A stretch of 63,654 bases of DNA, the filler included, from Lama guanicoe (taxonomy: Eukaryota), in NCBI GenBank assembly GCA_013239625.1. It is 144 parts of 144 records of this genome, joined end to end, with 100 filler letters (N's around TTAATTAATTAA, not from the genome) between each part and the next. Parts side by side here need not be neighbours in the genome. Positions count along the whole stretch, not along the records: positions 12,815 to 13,156 come from PNXV01057150.1; positions 13,257 to 13,598 come from PNXV01057151.1; positions 13,699 to 14,040 come from PNXV01057152.1; positions 14,141 to 14,481 come from PNXV01057153.1; positions 14,582 to 14,923 come from PNXV01057154.1; positions 15,024 to 15,365 come from PNXV01057155.1; positions 15,466 to 15,807 come from PNXV01057156.1; positions 15,908 to 16,249 come from PNXV01057157.1; 136 more parts are not named here. One strand, written 5' to 3'. The translations under genes and the position numbers were made by a program. The notes under the pieces were generated by a model. The model worked only from the letters and a program-made list of their open reading frames with translations. It had not been told where the DNA came from and did not search any database. Below, in pieces: positions 12,715 through 25,092 of this stretch; within the stretch, counting starts at the first letter, position 1, and each line of letters opens with the position of its first letter.

Positions 12715-13519
12715 NNNNNNNNNNNNNNNNNNNNNNNNNNNNNNNNNNNNNNNNNNNNTTAATTAATTAANNNNNNNNNNNNNNNNNNNNNNNNNNNNNN
12801 NNNNNNNNNNNNNNGGGGCACCTGTGAGAAGTAAAAACATAATCTGGAGAAATGCATGCTTATTACAGGCTTCACAGGATTCCCACAAATAAGCATTTCC
12901 ATGTGAGTTTAAAATGCAAAATTACAAAACACGTGAGGAAACAAATCACCATGAATGAAAATCAATAAAAATAATAAATCGCAGTATTAGACCCCTCAAG
13001 AATGCAGAAAAAGGAATTTGCAGGTGCATAATAAAGTAAGTGTATCATATTAAAGTAATTTAAAAAATGGAATCAAAGACATGAGAAAGGTATACAGCAT
13101 TATCCAAAAGGTCAGGCAAATTTGGAAATTAAAAAAATATATAAAATTAGATTAAGNNNNNNNNNNNNNNNNNNNNNNNNNNNNNNNNNNNNNNNNNNNN
13201 TTAATTAATTAANNNNNNNNNNNNNNNNNNNNNNNNNNNNNNNNNNNNNNNNNNNNCTTAGATAAAGTGGACAGTGAAGGAATGGCACCATGATTTTCAC
13301 TGTCCTCCCAACTTTCCTGGCATTATTGTGTAGCATTTCAATACAGATTTTTCTTTAATCCTTTCTAAGTAGTAACTCCAATTATGCTAGTGCTTATAAT
13401 CAACCCATCAGTGATGCATTTACATGTTTACCAATTCTTCATTTCTTTCTTCTTGGTACAATCTCCCTCTTGCTGAAGTGTAATCTTCAGTAATGGGGCT
13501 GGGGTTAGTGTGAGGCAAG

Positions 13520-13598
13520 GGGGGTGCAGAATATGAGACCCCCAAATACGCCTTTTTGGCTTAAGGATTATTTTGAGCAGCTGTAGACAATAGAGAAG
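13520..13598 (+). mobile_element. ERV1 LTR 5' end (MER34-like)
   Basis: gcagaatatgagacccccaaatacgcctttttggcttaaggattattttgagc resembles the start of MER34-group LTRs. Confidence 0.55.
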
Positions 13599-13698
13599 NN
13601 NNNNNNNNNNNNNNNNNNNNNNNNNNNNNNNNNNNNNNNNNNTTAATTAATTAANNNNNNNNNNNNNNNNNNNNNNNNNNNNNNNNNNNNNNNNNNNN

Positions 13699-13860
13699 AA
13701 CTATATTCAATTTCTTGTAATAGGCTATAATGGAAAAGAATCTGAAATATATGTATAGATACGTATGTATATGTATAACTGAATCTCTTTGCTGTACATC
13801 TGAAACTAACATTGTAGATCAACTACATTTCAATAAAAATAAAATTAAAAAGAAAAGAAA
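13699..13860 (+). mobile_element. L1 3' terminus with A-rich tail
   Basis: ctataatggaaaagaatctgaaa ... actgaatctctttgctgtacatctgaaactaacattgtagatcaactacatttcaataaaaataaa. Confidence 0.85.
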
Positions 13861-14140
13861 ATGATAAGGCAGGTAAGCCCCACTCATCATTAAGAAACTA
13901 AAGATTATGTACTTGTGATGCAGTATTATTGCACTTCACTGCCAGAGTTCAAGAAAACTGCGATTTTGTAAGTGGGCTGGCAATAATGGGTGAAGATTGC
14001 TTACAGAAGACAGCTATTGAGTTGTACTGTGAAAAAAAAANNNNNNNNNNNNNNNNNNNNNNNNNNNNNNNNNNNNNNNNNNNNTTAATTAATTAANNNN
14101 NNNNNNNNNNNNNNNNNNNNNNNNNNNNNNNNNNNNNNNN

Positions 14141-14481
14141 GACATCCCATGCTCTTGGATTGGAAGAATCAATATTGTTAAAATGGCCACATGGCCCAAG
14201 GCAATCTACCAATTTAATATGATCCATTACAAATTATAGTTGGGAAAACCCAGGACATTTTTCACAGAACTACAACAAACAATACTAAAACTTATGTGGA
14301 ATCACAAAAGATCCAGACCCGCCAAAGCAATACTGAAGAAAAGGAATGAAGCTGGAGGAATAACTCTCCCAATCCCAGACAATACTACAGAGATACAGTA
14401 GTCAAAACAGTGTGGTATTGACATAAAGACAAACATATGGATCAATGGAACAGAATAGAGAACCCAGAAATAAACCCACAG
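14141..14481 (+). mobile_element. LINE-1 ORF2 fragment (post-RT region)
   Basis: Encodes [16 protein letters not shown] at the start and later [12 protein letters not shown] and DQWNRIENPEINP, with frameshifts. Confidence 0.92.
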
Positions 14482-15023
14482 NNNNNNNNNNNNNNNNNNN
14501 NNNNNNNNNNNNNNNNNNNNNNNNNTTAATTAATTAANNNNNNNNNNNNNNNNNNNNNNNNNNNNNNNNNNNNNNNNNNNNGTCAGCTGGGACTCAGGAG
14601 GTGACAGAGCCGGGGCTCTGACTCTTGCCACGGCCGTGGGCGGCCTGCATGGAGCCCCAGAAACACCCGGGGGGAGGGGACGTCTCCATCGAGAGGAGAC
14701 CGGAGAGCTCAACTGGTGGCCACGTTTACCCGTGGGCCTCTTCCGTCCTCTGTCCCTCATTTACCTTGATTTGCGGAATTGCGAAGGTCTGCGAGCAAGC
14801 AAGCTAATGTGGGTGCAGTGCCTTGGAGTCCTGGGCAAGGGCTACTCTGAAGGGCCTGCTGTGATGGCTCATTATTATTAATAATCAGGTCAGAGGGAGC
14901 GGAGGTGCCCGGCGCCTGGAGGGNNNNNNNNNNNNNNNNNNNNNNNNNNNNNNNNNNNNNNNNNNNNTTAATTAATTAANNNNNNNNNNNNNNNNNNNNN
15001 NNNNNNNNNNNNNNNNNNNNNNN

Positions 15024-15365
15024 ATCTGGTTTTGAAGGCCAGCAGGGCTCAGCTCCAGGAGCCCCAGGGACTGGGGGAAACAGACTTCACTCCCTTGGGA
15101 AGTGCACACAGAATCTCGTGTGCACCAGGTCCAAGGGCAGAGGCCGTGATTTCGTAGGAACCTGGGCCAGGCCTGCCTGCTGGATCTGGCGGGTCTCCTG
15201 GGGATGTGGGGGACGGCTGCGGCTCACCCAGGGGACATAAAAGCTGGTGATGGACATTCAGGGAGTGTTCATCTACTTGAGCTTTCCTGGAGGCTGATGT
15301 CTTGACTGGATCATTAGCACCAAGACCCAGCCCCACCCAACAGCCTGTGGGGAAGCCTCAGGCCA
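15024..15365 (+). mobile_element. L1 5' UTR fragment (laurasiatherian type), homologous to 38922-39264
   Basis: Shares tttgaaggccag ... gggactgggggaaa ... gtgatttc(a/g)taggaacctggg ... cctgcctgctggat with the 38922 contig. Confidence 0.7.
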
Positions 15366-15465
15366 NNNNNNNNNNNNNNNNNNNNNNNNNNNNNNNNNNN
15401 NNNNNNNNNTTAATTAATTAANNNNNNNNNNNNNNNNNNNNNNNNNNNNNNNNNNNNNNNNNNNN

Positions 15466-15504
15466 GGATCAAAAAAGATGCTACACCAGCAAGAACAGCA
15501 TTAG
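15466..15504 (+). CDS. GABRG3: GABA-A receptor gamma-3 subunit, 3' end of the exon encoding the M1-M2 linker
   Basis: gg atc aaa aaa gat gct aca cca gca aga aca gca tta g|gtgagt = (W)IKKDATPARTAL(G). Matches recalled GABRG3 (gamma-2 has INKDAVPARTSLG), with a consensus phase-1 donor in the Gly codon. Confidence 0.8.
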   Translation, partial: GSKKMLHQQEQH

Positions 15505-16349
15505 GTGAGTTTCAGAAAAACTCTTGTATTGATTTGTGTAACTTTAATATAGAAAAAAAATACTTTCAATGAAAAAGACTTAGTTCAAAAGTGACTGATC
15601 TAATGTGAGGGCTGCATGAACCATGGTTCTTTAAAATAGCCAAGGTATGTTGCTCTTCCTCACAGCAGAATTCCCTGTGTACCACTTAATTAAGTTGAGG
15701 TTAGGGATTCAGAATAAGTCAATTGCATCATCCGATAATAGGCTCTAAGGATGATATCATCATAAAACCATAGTCATGCCCTGGAACCTGCCGCATTCAA
15801 AAGTGTCNNNNNNNNNNNNNNNNNNNNNNNNNNNNNNNNNNNNNNNNNNNNTTAATTAATTAANNNNNNNNNNNNNNNNNNNNNNNNNNNNNNNNNNNNN
15901 NNNNNNNGCTGCAAAGAGCCGCTTCCCGGGGTCTCGGACGCGGGGCTGGTCAGCGTTGGGGAGGGTGGTGTTGCTCCTGGAGGCCTCCGGGCTGGGAGTC
16001 AAGTCCAAGAATTCTCTGGTCAGAGGGCAGCACGTTCCTCTGGGTCAGGGATGTGACCCTACAGGTCAGCCTCGGAAGCCAGCCCGGGGACCCCCGGAGC
16101 CTTCATGGACGCAGGGCGTCCCCACTGCTACCCCTCTTTCCGGGGACGTGTCAGCTGGGTGGGGGCCTGCCTCCTCTGGGCCTGCTCTGTGTCCACTCCC
16201 CGGCTGAGCGCCCCTCCTGCCCTCGGCCACTCCAGGGTGAACCCTGGTGNNNNNNNNNNNNNNNNNNNNNNNNNNNNNNNNNNNNNNNNNNNNTTAATTA
16301 ATTAANNNNNNNNNNNNNNNNNNNNNNNNNNNNNNNNNNNNNNNNNNNN

Positions 16350-16420
16350 CAATCCCCAGTACCTCCATTATAAATAAATAAATAAAAACCTAATTACCAC
16401 CCCCTTGTCTTCCCCCAAAA
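16350..16420 (+). mobile_element. Vic-1-type SINE, 3' half
   Basis: caatccccagtacctccattataaataaataaataaaaacctaattaccacccccc matches the tail of the copy at 28524. Confidence 0.85.
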
Positions 16421-18559
16421 TAAGACTCATAAGTATCCATAGCTTTGATAAAACAGATACATGAATTTAAATTTTACAACTAGGGGTAACAACATTATTA
16501 AAATAACCAATCAGACTCCCATGCTTTCAGGGGGTATGTTGCTAACTGTAGGGTACCTTTTATATAGTGTGGTTCTGAGAGTCTTGGTAGGAGAGACTGT
16601 GGGAAATACGTTTTAACCAGGCTGACTTACAGTTAAGCAGTCCGCAGAGGCTTTCCCCTCCTGAAAGTCCCACTCAGAGAAAAAGGTCTTTNNNNNNNNN
16701 NNNNNNNNNNNNNNNNNNNNNNNNNNNNNNNNNNNTTAATTAATTAANNNNNNNNNNNNNNNNNNNNNNNNNNNNNNNNNNNNNNNNNNNNGGAGACAGA
16801 GGCAGCCCTGGCGGGAGACCCCATCGCAGAGCCAGGACAACCTGTCTGCGCCTTCTAAGGGGCTTGGGGTGGCGAGGAGGGGCTGGGGAGCCCAGGCAGG
16901 CCTCCCTTAATGAGCACAGAGCCAGGTGGGGTGGTTGACTAGCCTTCCCCGCAGACCCACGGCCACCATCTGCCCCCACTCACAGCCTGTGCCAGCCAAC
17001 CAGCCCCCCAGTCCCCTGGCTGACTGTGGGGCACCCCAGGCCTGCCGTAAGGAGGCCCCTGGCCATAGTCCACTCACTGCAGAGAGGTGGGGGCAGACCA
17101 GCGAGGTATCCCCACTGGGCAGTAGGGCCCCAGNNNNNNNNNNNNNNNNNNNNNNNNNNNNNNNNNNNNNNNNNNNNTTAATTAATTAANNNNNNNNNNN
17201 NNNNNNNNNNNNNNNNNNNNNNNNNNNNNNNNNGGGGAGCAGGCCGGCTGCACAGACATCTCTCTAGCGCAGGGTAGGGACACCAGGGGCGGGTGCAGAC
17301 CTGGGGGAGAGGGCTGGAGGCCGAGGACACGGAGTGATGTGTGTCCTGCACAGGTCTCTGTGCGTGGGGAGAGAGCGGAAGGTGGGGTGGGGGGAGGGGG
17401 CGAGATTGGTGGAGGGGCTCACAGGGGTCTGCGTGGAGCACTGGGGGCTGCGCTGGGGGGCGAAACACAGATCCAGGAGAACAGATAGACCGTGTGCAGG
17501 TGACTGGAGGGTCAGAGAAGAAGACTGAGGAACGTCTCCTAGACTTTTCTAAGAACCCTGTGTACTTTTGCTCTANNNNNNNNNNNNNNNNNNNNNNNNN
17601 NNNNNNNNNNNNNNNNNNNTTAATTAATTAANNNNNNNNNNNNNNNNNNNNNNNNNNNNNNNNNNNNNNNNNNNNATTCAGTGGACATGCAAGTCATGAC
17701 ACTTCCAAAAGCCTGGCCATCCACCTGGAACCCTTCCACACGGAGCCTTCTTCCAAGGGACATCCGGGGGATGTGATGGCGCTGGCTGAAATAAGGTGAT
17801 CCAAGAGGGAAAATCATTTTTGTTGTTATAGGCTTCTGAAGCCCTTAGGAAAACATATTTCAAGACAGAATTATCTGGATAATTTTTCCTCATTTTCCCA
17901 TTTCCCTTTGCAGGTGTAATCACAGCCGAATATTTCATTGCCAACTCCCCTGTGACTGGCACAGCCATGAATGGATTTCTTCCCTGTTGGTAGGGTGCCA
18001 CATTGCCTGATGAGGCCNNNNNNNNNNNNNNNNNNNNNNNNNNNNNNNNNNNNNNNNNNNNTTAATTAATTAANNNNNNNNNNNNNNNNNNNNNNNNNNN
18101 NNNNNNNNNNNNNNNNNTTAGTAATTTCTCCTATTCATCTTCTATTTTATTAGATTGTTAGGGAAAATATAAAATCTAAAACAACATGGTCTGTCACACT
18201 TTCTTTTATCTACTGACCGTATGTTCAGGTTCATCGCATGCTTAGGGACTGCAGAATGGATGCCCATAGTGATAGAATCCATGATAATGATACTGGATGT
18301 TGCTTTTGATGTGCATGTGGGAGGAAGTTTGTAATTTTAAGTGAAAACATCAATCCTACGTTGGCAAGACTGAAAAGCAAAAAACTCTAAGAAAGGAACA
18401 GTAATATCTTTGCTCATCTACAGAGTATGATCTCCAGGCAGGCAAAAGCTATTTTTTTTNNNNNNNNNNNNNNNNNNNNNNNNNNNNNNNNNNNNNNNNN
18501 NNNTTAATTAATTAANNNNNNNNNNNNNNNNNNNNNNNNNNNNNNNNNNNNNNNNNNNN

Positions 18560-18901
18560 AAAATGTATTATACTCACAGAATTCATTGAATCTGTCTCAC
18601 ACCACTTCGCTCAAATCTACCAGCATTACAGAAGTTTGGAGCAGTCTATGGAAGACAGTATCTTGGCACGAGCCAGGAAATAACATCCTCCAGAGTGAGC
18701 ATTTCCCCTGGATGTGGCATGTGTTCTGAACCAAAGTCCAAAATAAGATGCTGTTTCTCTAAAATAAGAACATATCTGTCAGTCAATGAAAGTGGGGATG
18801 GCTCCTTTGACTATTATTCCTCATAATCCATCTTACAACTTTCACTTCTCTATCTGCAAATGTGTGCTCTCCGAGTTCCCAAGGGAAGAGGCTTTGGTCT
18901 A
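18560..18901 (+). mobile_element. Degenerate ERVL/MaLR internal sequence (integrase C-terminal region)
   Basis: gaagtggggatggctcctttgactattattcct = EVGMAPLTIIP, similar to recalled ERVL EVEVAPLTITP. Upstream gttctgaaccaaagtcca resembles ALNQRP. Confidence 0.55.
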
Positions 18902-19001
18902 NNNNNNNNNNNNNNNNNNNNNNNNNNNNNNNNNNNNNNNNNNNNTTAATTAATTAANNNNNNNNNNNNNNNNNNNNNNNNNNNNNNNNNNNNNNNNNNN
19001 N

Positions 19002-19340
19002 TTTAGTTGTATGAGCTGTTTATATATTCTGGAAATGAAGCCCTTGTCAGCCTAATCTTTTGCAAATATTTTCTCCCATTCTGTAGGTAGTCTTTTTGTT
19101 TTGCTTATGGTCCTTTGCCGTGCAAAAGTTAATAAATTTAATTAGGTCCCATTTGTTTATTTTTGCTTTTATTTTTATTGTTCGGGTAGACTGTCGTAGG
19201 AGAACATTGCTGAGATTTATGTGGGATAATGTTTTGCCTATATTTTCTTGTAAGAATTTTAGAGTGTCTTGTCTTATGTTTAAGTCTTCATGCCATTTTG
19301 AGTTTATTTTTGTGTATGGTGTGTGGGAGTGTTCTAACTT
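19002..19340 (-). mobile_element. LINE-1 ORF2 fragment
   Basis: tttgcaaatattttctcccattctgtagg, gtgcaaaag, ccattttgagtttatttttgtgtatggtgtg. Confidence 0.9.
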
Positions 19341-19440
19341 NNNNNNNNNNNNNNNNNNNNNNNNNNNNNNNNNNNNNNNNNNNNTTAATTAATTAANNNN
19401 NNNNNNNNNNNNNNNNNNNNNNNNNNNNNNNNNNNNNNNN

Positions 19441-19782
19441 TGGGACTGAATACTCTGACCTTACTTCTGATGCACTAGCAAAAGGTTTTTTAGCCACACC
19501 ATTGGCTTTCTTTCCAGAGCAGGCGTTCCTGCCGGTGAATCTCCCAATTTTAGCACAGTTTGCAATCTGGACAGGCTAAGAATTTCTCAAATATCAAGTC
19601 CTAGATCTCTTTTGTTTAACAGTTCTTCCCTCAACCTAGCTCTCTCATCTCACATGTTACTTACTATAAGCAGCAAGAAGCAGCCAAGCTACAACTTTAA
19701 AACTTTGTATATAAATCACTTCAGCTAAATATCTAAGTTCACGTTTACCAGTTTTGTTTCCACATAACTGCAGAACAGAATT
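19441..19782. mobile_element. MaLR internal (MLT1-int-like) fragment
   Basis: ttttagccacacc ... tttgcaatctggacaggct ... tttaacagttcttccctcaa ... aaatcacttcagctaaatatctaagttc. Confidence 0.65.
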
Positions 19783-20324
19783 NNNNNNNNNNNNNNNNNN
19801 NNNNNNNNNNNNNNNNNNNNNNNNNNTTAATTAATTAANNNNNNNNNNNNNNNNNNNNNNNNNNNNNNNNNNNNNNNNNNNNCGCTAAAGTTGGGTTTAC
19901 CACCCTGACTCTTCCTTTAGCCTTCTCTGTGACATTTATTTTTCCACGCCTCAATTGCCCCATCTGTAAAATGGAAACTATATGTGAGGGACTCCATGGA
20001 GACCTGTGTCCCGTTGCTGCCGATGACCACTGTGGGGTCTGGGCGAGCCTCCACTCCCCTTTGGGTCTCCATTTCACCAGCCATAAGATGAGGGGTTTGG
20101 ATGGGGCAGGCTTGAGGGATTCTCTCTTCAAGCTGGGATTCAGATAAACCTCAACTTGAGCCCAGGAAATGTTGATTCTGTGACCTTGGCCAAGGCCCTT
20201 CACCTTTCTGAGCTGCCTCAGTTTNNNNNNNNNNNNNNNNNNNNNNNNNNNNNNNNNNNNNNNNNNNNTTAATTAATTAANNNNNNNNNNNNNNNNNNNN
20301 NNNNNNNNNNNNNNNNNNNNNNNN

Positions 20325-20557
20325 CCCAAAGGAGCTGAAAACATATGTCCATGCAAAAAGCAGCACAAAGATGTTTATAACAACTTTACTCATAATTACT
20401 AAAACTTGGAGGTGACCGAGATGTTCATCAGGTGAATGGATAAATAAAACCGTGATCCATCCAGAGGATGTAATATTGTTTGATGCTTAAAAGAAATGAT
20501 CTATCAAGCTGTGAAAAGACATGGAGGAATCTTAAATGTGTATTCCTAAGTGATAGA
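20325..20557 (+). mobile_element. L1M (MB/MC-like) ORF2 end/3' UTR
   Basis: cccaaaggagctgaaaacatatgtccatgcaaaa ... aggtgaatggataaataaa ... gaaaagacatggaggaatcttaaatg. Confidence 0.75.
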
Positions 20558-23421
20558 ATGAAGCAAAGGTTTACTTTTTTCATTTTAAATCTTTATTATT
20601 AAAGTAATAATAAATACTGTAAAAGTTTCTGGAATCCAATGTAGGTTACACTGAAATGTAGCAGTTNNNNNNNNNNNNNNNNNNNNNNNNNNNNNNNNNN
20701 NNNNNNNNNNTTAATTAATTAANNNNNNNNNNNNNNNNNNNNNNNNNNNNNNNNNNNNNNNNNNNNCTCAGAAATTCAACAAGTAGGTTGAGTATTTATG
20801 TTAACTCAGTCCCTCAGGAAGTGTTAATCTGGACCCCGCCTCCTACCCAACAAAACAAGGCCAGGAGGGGTTGAGGGGGGAATACCCCTCTGGGAAGGAA
20901 AGGAGGGGTACAGGAGAGGAGGAGGAGAAGAGGGAGCAGGGAGGCGGGGAACGAAGGCCACTAGAGGATGTGAGAGATTCAGGTCTCCCCTGACTTCCAA
21001 ATGAGAAGTAGTATTCAGAGTTTTAAAAGAATAAAAAGAAACCATAAAGGAAAACAGTAATGGTGCTTGGCTACATAAAACTTGAAAATGGAGGTATGCT
21101 GGATGATGNNNNNNNNNNNNNNNNNNNNNNNNNNNNNNNNNNNNNNNNNNNNTTAATTAATTAANNNNNNNNNNNNNNNNNNNNNNNNNNNNNNNNNNNN
21201 NNNNNNNNCCTTTGCTTATCTATAAACTCCCACTCCAGCAGTGAAACACCTGGCTCCCTTTATTTGTCACCTATTTATAGACTTGTTCCACCCCATTGTA
21301 CTTGCACAACAGTATCAGATTTTCACCCTACTTCCGTGGGAAACAAGTTCATGAACTATGGAGCATACATATATGCAGTTTCTTTGCCTTTATTCTTACA
21401 GACTATACTTGTTTCCAAAGTTACATAGGTCAGCATTTTCCCCCACATTCATTTCAGTGCAATAGTTTAATACATTTGTAATATAATTAGATTGTTTTGG
21501 CCACAGTCTGCATTCTTTCCTGGGGTCCCCTGACCTCGTTTTTTGCTTTTNNNNNNNNNNNNNNNNNNNNNNNNNNNNNNNNNNNNNNNNNNNNTTAATT
21601 AATTAANNNNNNNNNNNNNNNNNNNNNNNNNNNNNNNNNNNNNNNNNNNNTTTGGCAGCCTTCATAAGGAATGAGCTTGGGACCTTATTAGGAAATGTAT
21701 GAGCAGAAAGCTCTCATGTGCTTTGTGCAATTCAACATCTTTATCTATTCATAGTAGTTCATTATTAACCTAATGAGCTGAGAGATTTGTACAAATCAAT
21801 TATTACATTTGATACAAGAAGTGTAAATGGTACCTTATTGTACAAATACACAAATTATTGTTTCTTTTTTTATGATATCATATGCACTGAAACCCACATG
21901 GAATGGATTATATATTTTACATGATATTAAAATCTGAGAACTGAATTTAAACATGTAGCTTTCGGCAGAAATGTTCTTCATTTGGAATTGTGNNNNNNNN
22001 NNNNNNNNNNNNNNNNNNNNNNNNNNNNNNNNNNNNTTAATTAATTAANNNNNNNNNNNNNNNNNNNNNNNNNNNNNNNNNNNNNNNNNNNNAGCCCTTT
22101 GGAAGAGAGTGAACTGTCATCAGATAACTGAATGGCGGTTACTTGTGTTTGAAGCATGAAAGAAAAGAAGGATAGTAACTGAATCTAAATTTGGGCCATG
22201 TGGGCAGAGCAGCAAGAGCTGGAAAGCTAGACCTTAGTAGTACTTTCTCATGGATAACATTTACTTGCAGTTCAATGTAAAGTCATGGAAGACTTTTAAG
22301 CATGGAATGGTATAATATTCATTTTATTTTCATGACATAAATGTGTTGCTTTATAAGGAATAGATTGAACAAAAATAGTTCCTGACCATGGGAAAACCAG
22401 TAAATAAATCATTATAATAATCCACCATTCATTTGNNNNNNNNNNNNNNNNNNNNNNNNNNNNNNNNNNNNNNNNNNNNTTAATTAATTAANNNNNNNNN
22501 NNNNNNNNNNNNNNNNNNNNNNNNNNNNNNNNNNNCAACTGTGTTTGGTTTTAATCATGTGGTTAACTCTTTAACACAATATAAACAATTTTTAATGGCG
22601 TTTAACATCCTAATAAATACAACAGGTGATGGAGAAAATTCAAGGAACAAGTTTATCATCATGTTATTTAAGAGCAAATGCCTGGAAAGAATCTAAATGT
22701 TCAACAATATGGGAGATAAAATATTAATAAAGGTATATTTATTCAATTATGCAGCAAATAAAAATTATAGGCTCAAAAAGTCTGTTAGAGCACTAAAAAT
22801 TAATATGTGTAAAAATGTTCAAATAAATAACTTTTAAAAGTAAAATATATTTTTAAAATAGCATACAGAGAGTTTGGTNNNNNNNNNNNNNNNNNNNNNN
22901 NNNNNNNNNNNNNNNNNNNNNNTTAATTAATTAANNNNNNNNNNNNNNNNNNNNNNNNNNNNNNNNNNNNNNNNNNNNCAACTGCAATAAATGACAACTC
23001 CCCAGGCCTTTCTAGGTGGGGTCCCCTAGTCAAGACATCCTGAAACACACAGGTGGTCCCTCAGCACAGAGTTGCCCGCATCCTGCGTGTTTTTTGAAAG
23101 CCTTCCGAGACACCCCGTAGGTGAGAAAGCTTTTCAGAATCACCTCAGCCTAGAGCCTAACTCTCTTTTCCCTGTGAGCTCGAGTATCTCTCCCCGGACA
23201 ATTTTGAAATACAACGATTTTCTTGGGTCTAAGCACTGTATCACGAGAGGTAATGCTCTGTATCGCTGACAGTTTTACCAAATCTTGAGCATTGTTTTGG
23301 CAAATTGTGTCACTGGTAAGGNNNNNNNNNNNNNNNNNNNNNNNNNNNNNNNNNNNNNNNNNNNNTTAATTAATTAANNNNNNNNNNNNNNNNNNNNNNN
23401 NNNNNNNNNNNNNNNNNNNNN

Positions 23422-23763
23422 GCTTACTGCTTATGCTTTCTTATAGGAGTTCCATGGTGTCAGGTCTTACATTCAAGCTTTTAATCCATTTTGAGTTGAT
23501 TTTTGTGTATGGCATAAGTTAGTGGTCCACTTTCATTCATGTTCAATGTGTGGCTGTCCAGTTTTCCCAGCACTGTTTATTGAACAGACTGTCCTTTCCC
23601 CATTTTATATTCTTGGCTTCTTTGTTGTGAATTAATGGACCATATATGCGTGGGTTTATCTCTGGGCTCTATCCTGTTCCATTGATCTATGTGTGTGTTT
23701 TAGGCCAGCACCATACTGTTTTGATGACTATAGCTTTGTAGTATAGTTTGTAATCGGGGCACA
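23422..23763 (-). mobile_element. LINE-1 ORF2 fragment
   Basis: ttttaatccattttgagttgatttttgtgtatgg, gtccagttttcccagcac, ccatactgttttgatgactatagctttgtagtata. Confidence 0.92.
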
Positions 23764-23863
23764 NNNNNNNNNNNNNNNNNNNNNNNNNNNNNNNNNNNNN
23801 NNNNNNNTTAATTAATTAANNNNNNNNNNNNNNNNNNNNNNNNNNNNNNNNNNNNNNNNNNNN

Positions 23864-23969
23864 TGCTGTTGGGAAAATGGCACCAATAAATTTGCTTGAT
23901 GCAGGGTTGCCATAAGGCTTCAGTTTGTAAAAATGCAGAGTCTGTGAAGCTCAGTACCAGGTGTGCCTG
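23864..23969 (-). mobile_element. Tigger1 (Tc1/mariner-pogo) 5' end including terminal inverted repeat
   Basis: Reverse complement begins caggcacacctg and contains ttacaaactgaag ... ggcaaccctgcatcaagcaaatttattggtgccattttcccaacagca, as in the recalled Tigger1 5' end. Confidence 0.85.
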
Positions 23970-25013
23970 TGTTCTTAAGACAGACACACAGTATACAAAT
24001 TTGGAGAAAGGCACAAAGCTGTCTTTCCAGAGTTATGTAGTGATCCAGTTTTAAATAAATCTCAACGTGCCTCGTTCCCTCGGTGGACCCTTCCCAGCGG
24101 TTCTTGGTCCCCAGGGTGACTGGAAGCCAATCTGCAGCCGTCCTATTTGCCTTCATAGCTGACTTACCCTTTGCCTTCTTCCCAAGGCCTCTGTTTCCAG
24201 CCGTGCNNNNNNNNNNNNNNNNNNNNNNNNNNNNNNNNNNNNNNNNNNNNTTAATTAATTAANNNNNNNNNNNNNNNNNNNNNNNNNNNNNNNNNNNNNN
24301 NNNNNNACACTTCATTGAGGACTTCATTTCAATATCTTCAAAAATGAATTTATAATAAGAAGCAACTCTTCAGATTGTTTTCAGAATCAAAGAGGAAAAG
24401 ACAAAATATCACTCTTGGCGGCAGCGAAAGTGCAACGTGGCAGGGGTGTAGGGGAAGTTGTTTCGGGCTTCTAAGCCCTGAAAGTCTGTGCCGTGTGTGG
24501 ACCAGATGCAGAGGAAGTCAGGACTCTGCATCCCGATGGGTGGCCTTTACCTTCAATGTCCCTCCTCTCTCTGAGGGCCTGTGATCCTGGATTTTCTTCT
24601 GGGGACACGTCTTTGATCTGCCCTCGGAATCTTCGGAATAAAACATAAANNNNNNNNNNNNNNNNNNNNNNNNNNNNNNNNNNNNNNNNNNNNTTAATTA
24701 ATTAANNNNNNNNNNNNNNNNNNNNNNNNNNNNNNNNNNNNNNNNNNNNGAGACTCTGGCTTCTCCGCATGCAGGGGTGACACTGTGCTGCTGGCTGAAG
24801 AAGCAAGCATGGAGTTTGGGCAGTGGGGCACAAGGGACCTTGCTGGTGGTGACCCCAGGGACAGTGAGGGGAAGGTGAGGGAGTGACAGAGGAGGGCATG
24901 CCTGTGTGGGGCAACACTCCAGGGATCCAGGAGCTGGGCCAGCGAGATGCCACTTCTGTGACCCTGGGGAAAAGGTGGGTGAGGGTCTATCTGAACTTTT
25001 TGTTTTCAAAAAA

Positions 25014-25092
25014 ATTTTGGGGGGTGGTTGGAGGTAATTAGGTTTGTTTATTTATTTAGTGTTATTTTTAATGGAGGTACCAAGAATTGAAC
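25014..25092 (-). mobile_element. Vic-1-type SINE, 3' half
   Basis: Reverse complement gttcaattcttggtacctccattaaaaataacactaaataaataaacaaacctaattacctcc matches 28524 and 16350. Confidence 0.8.
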
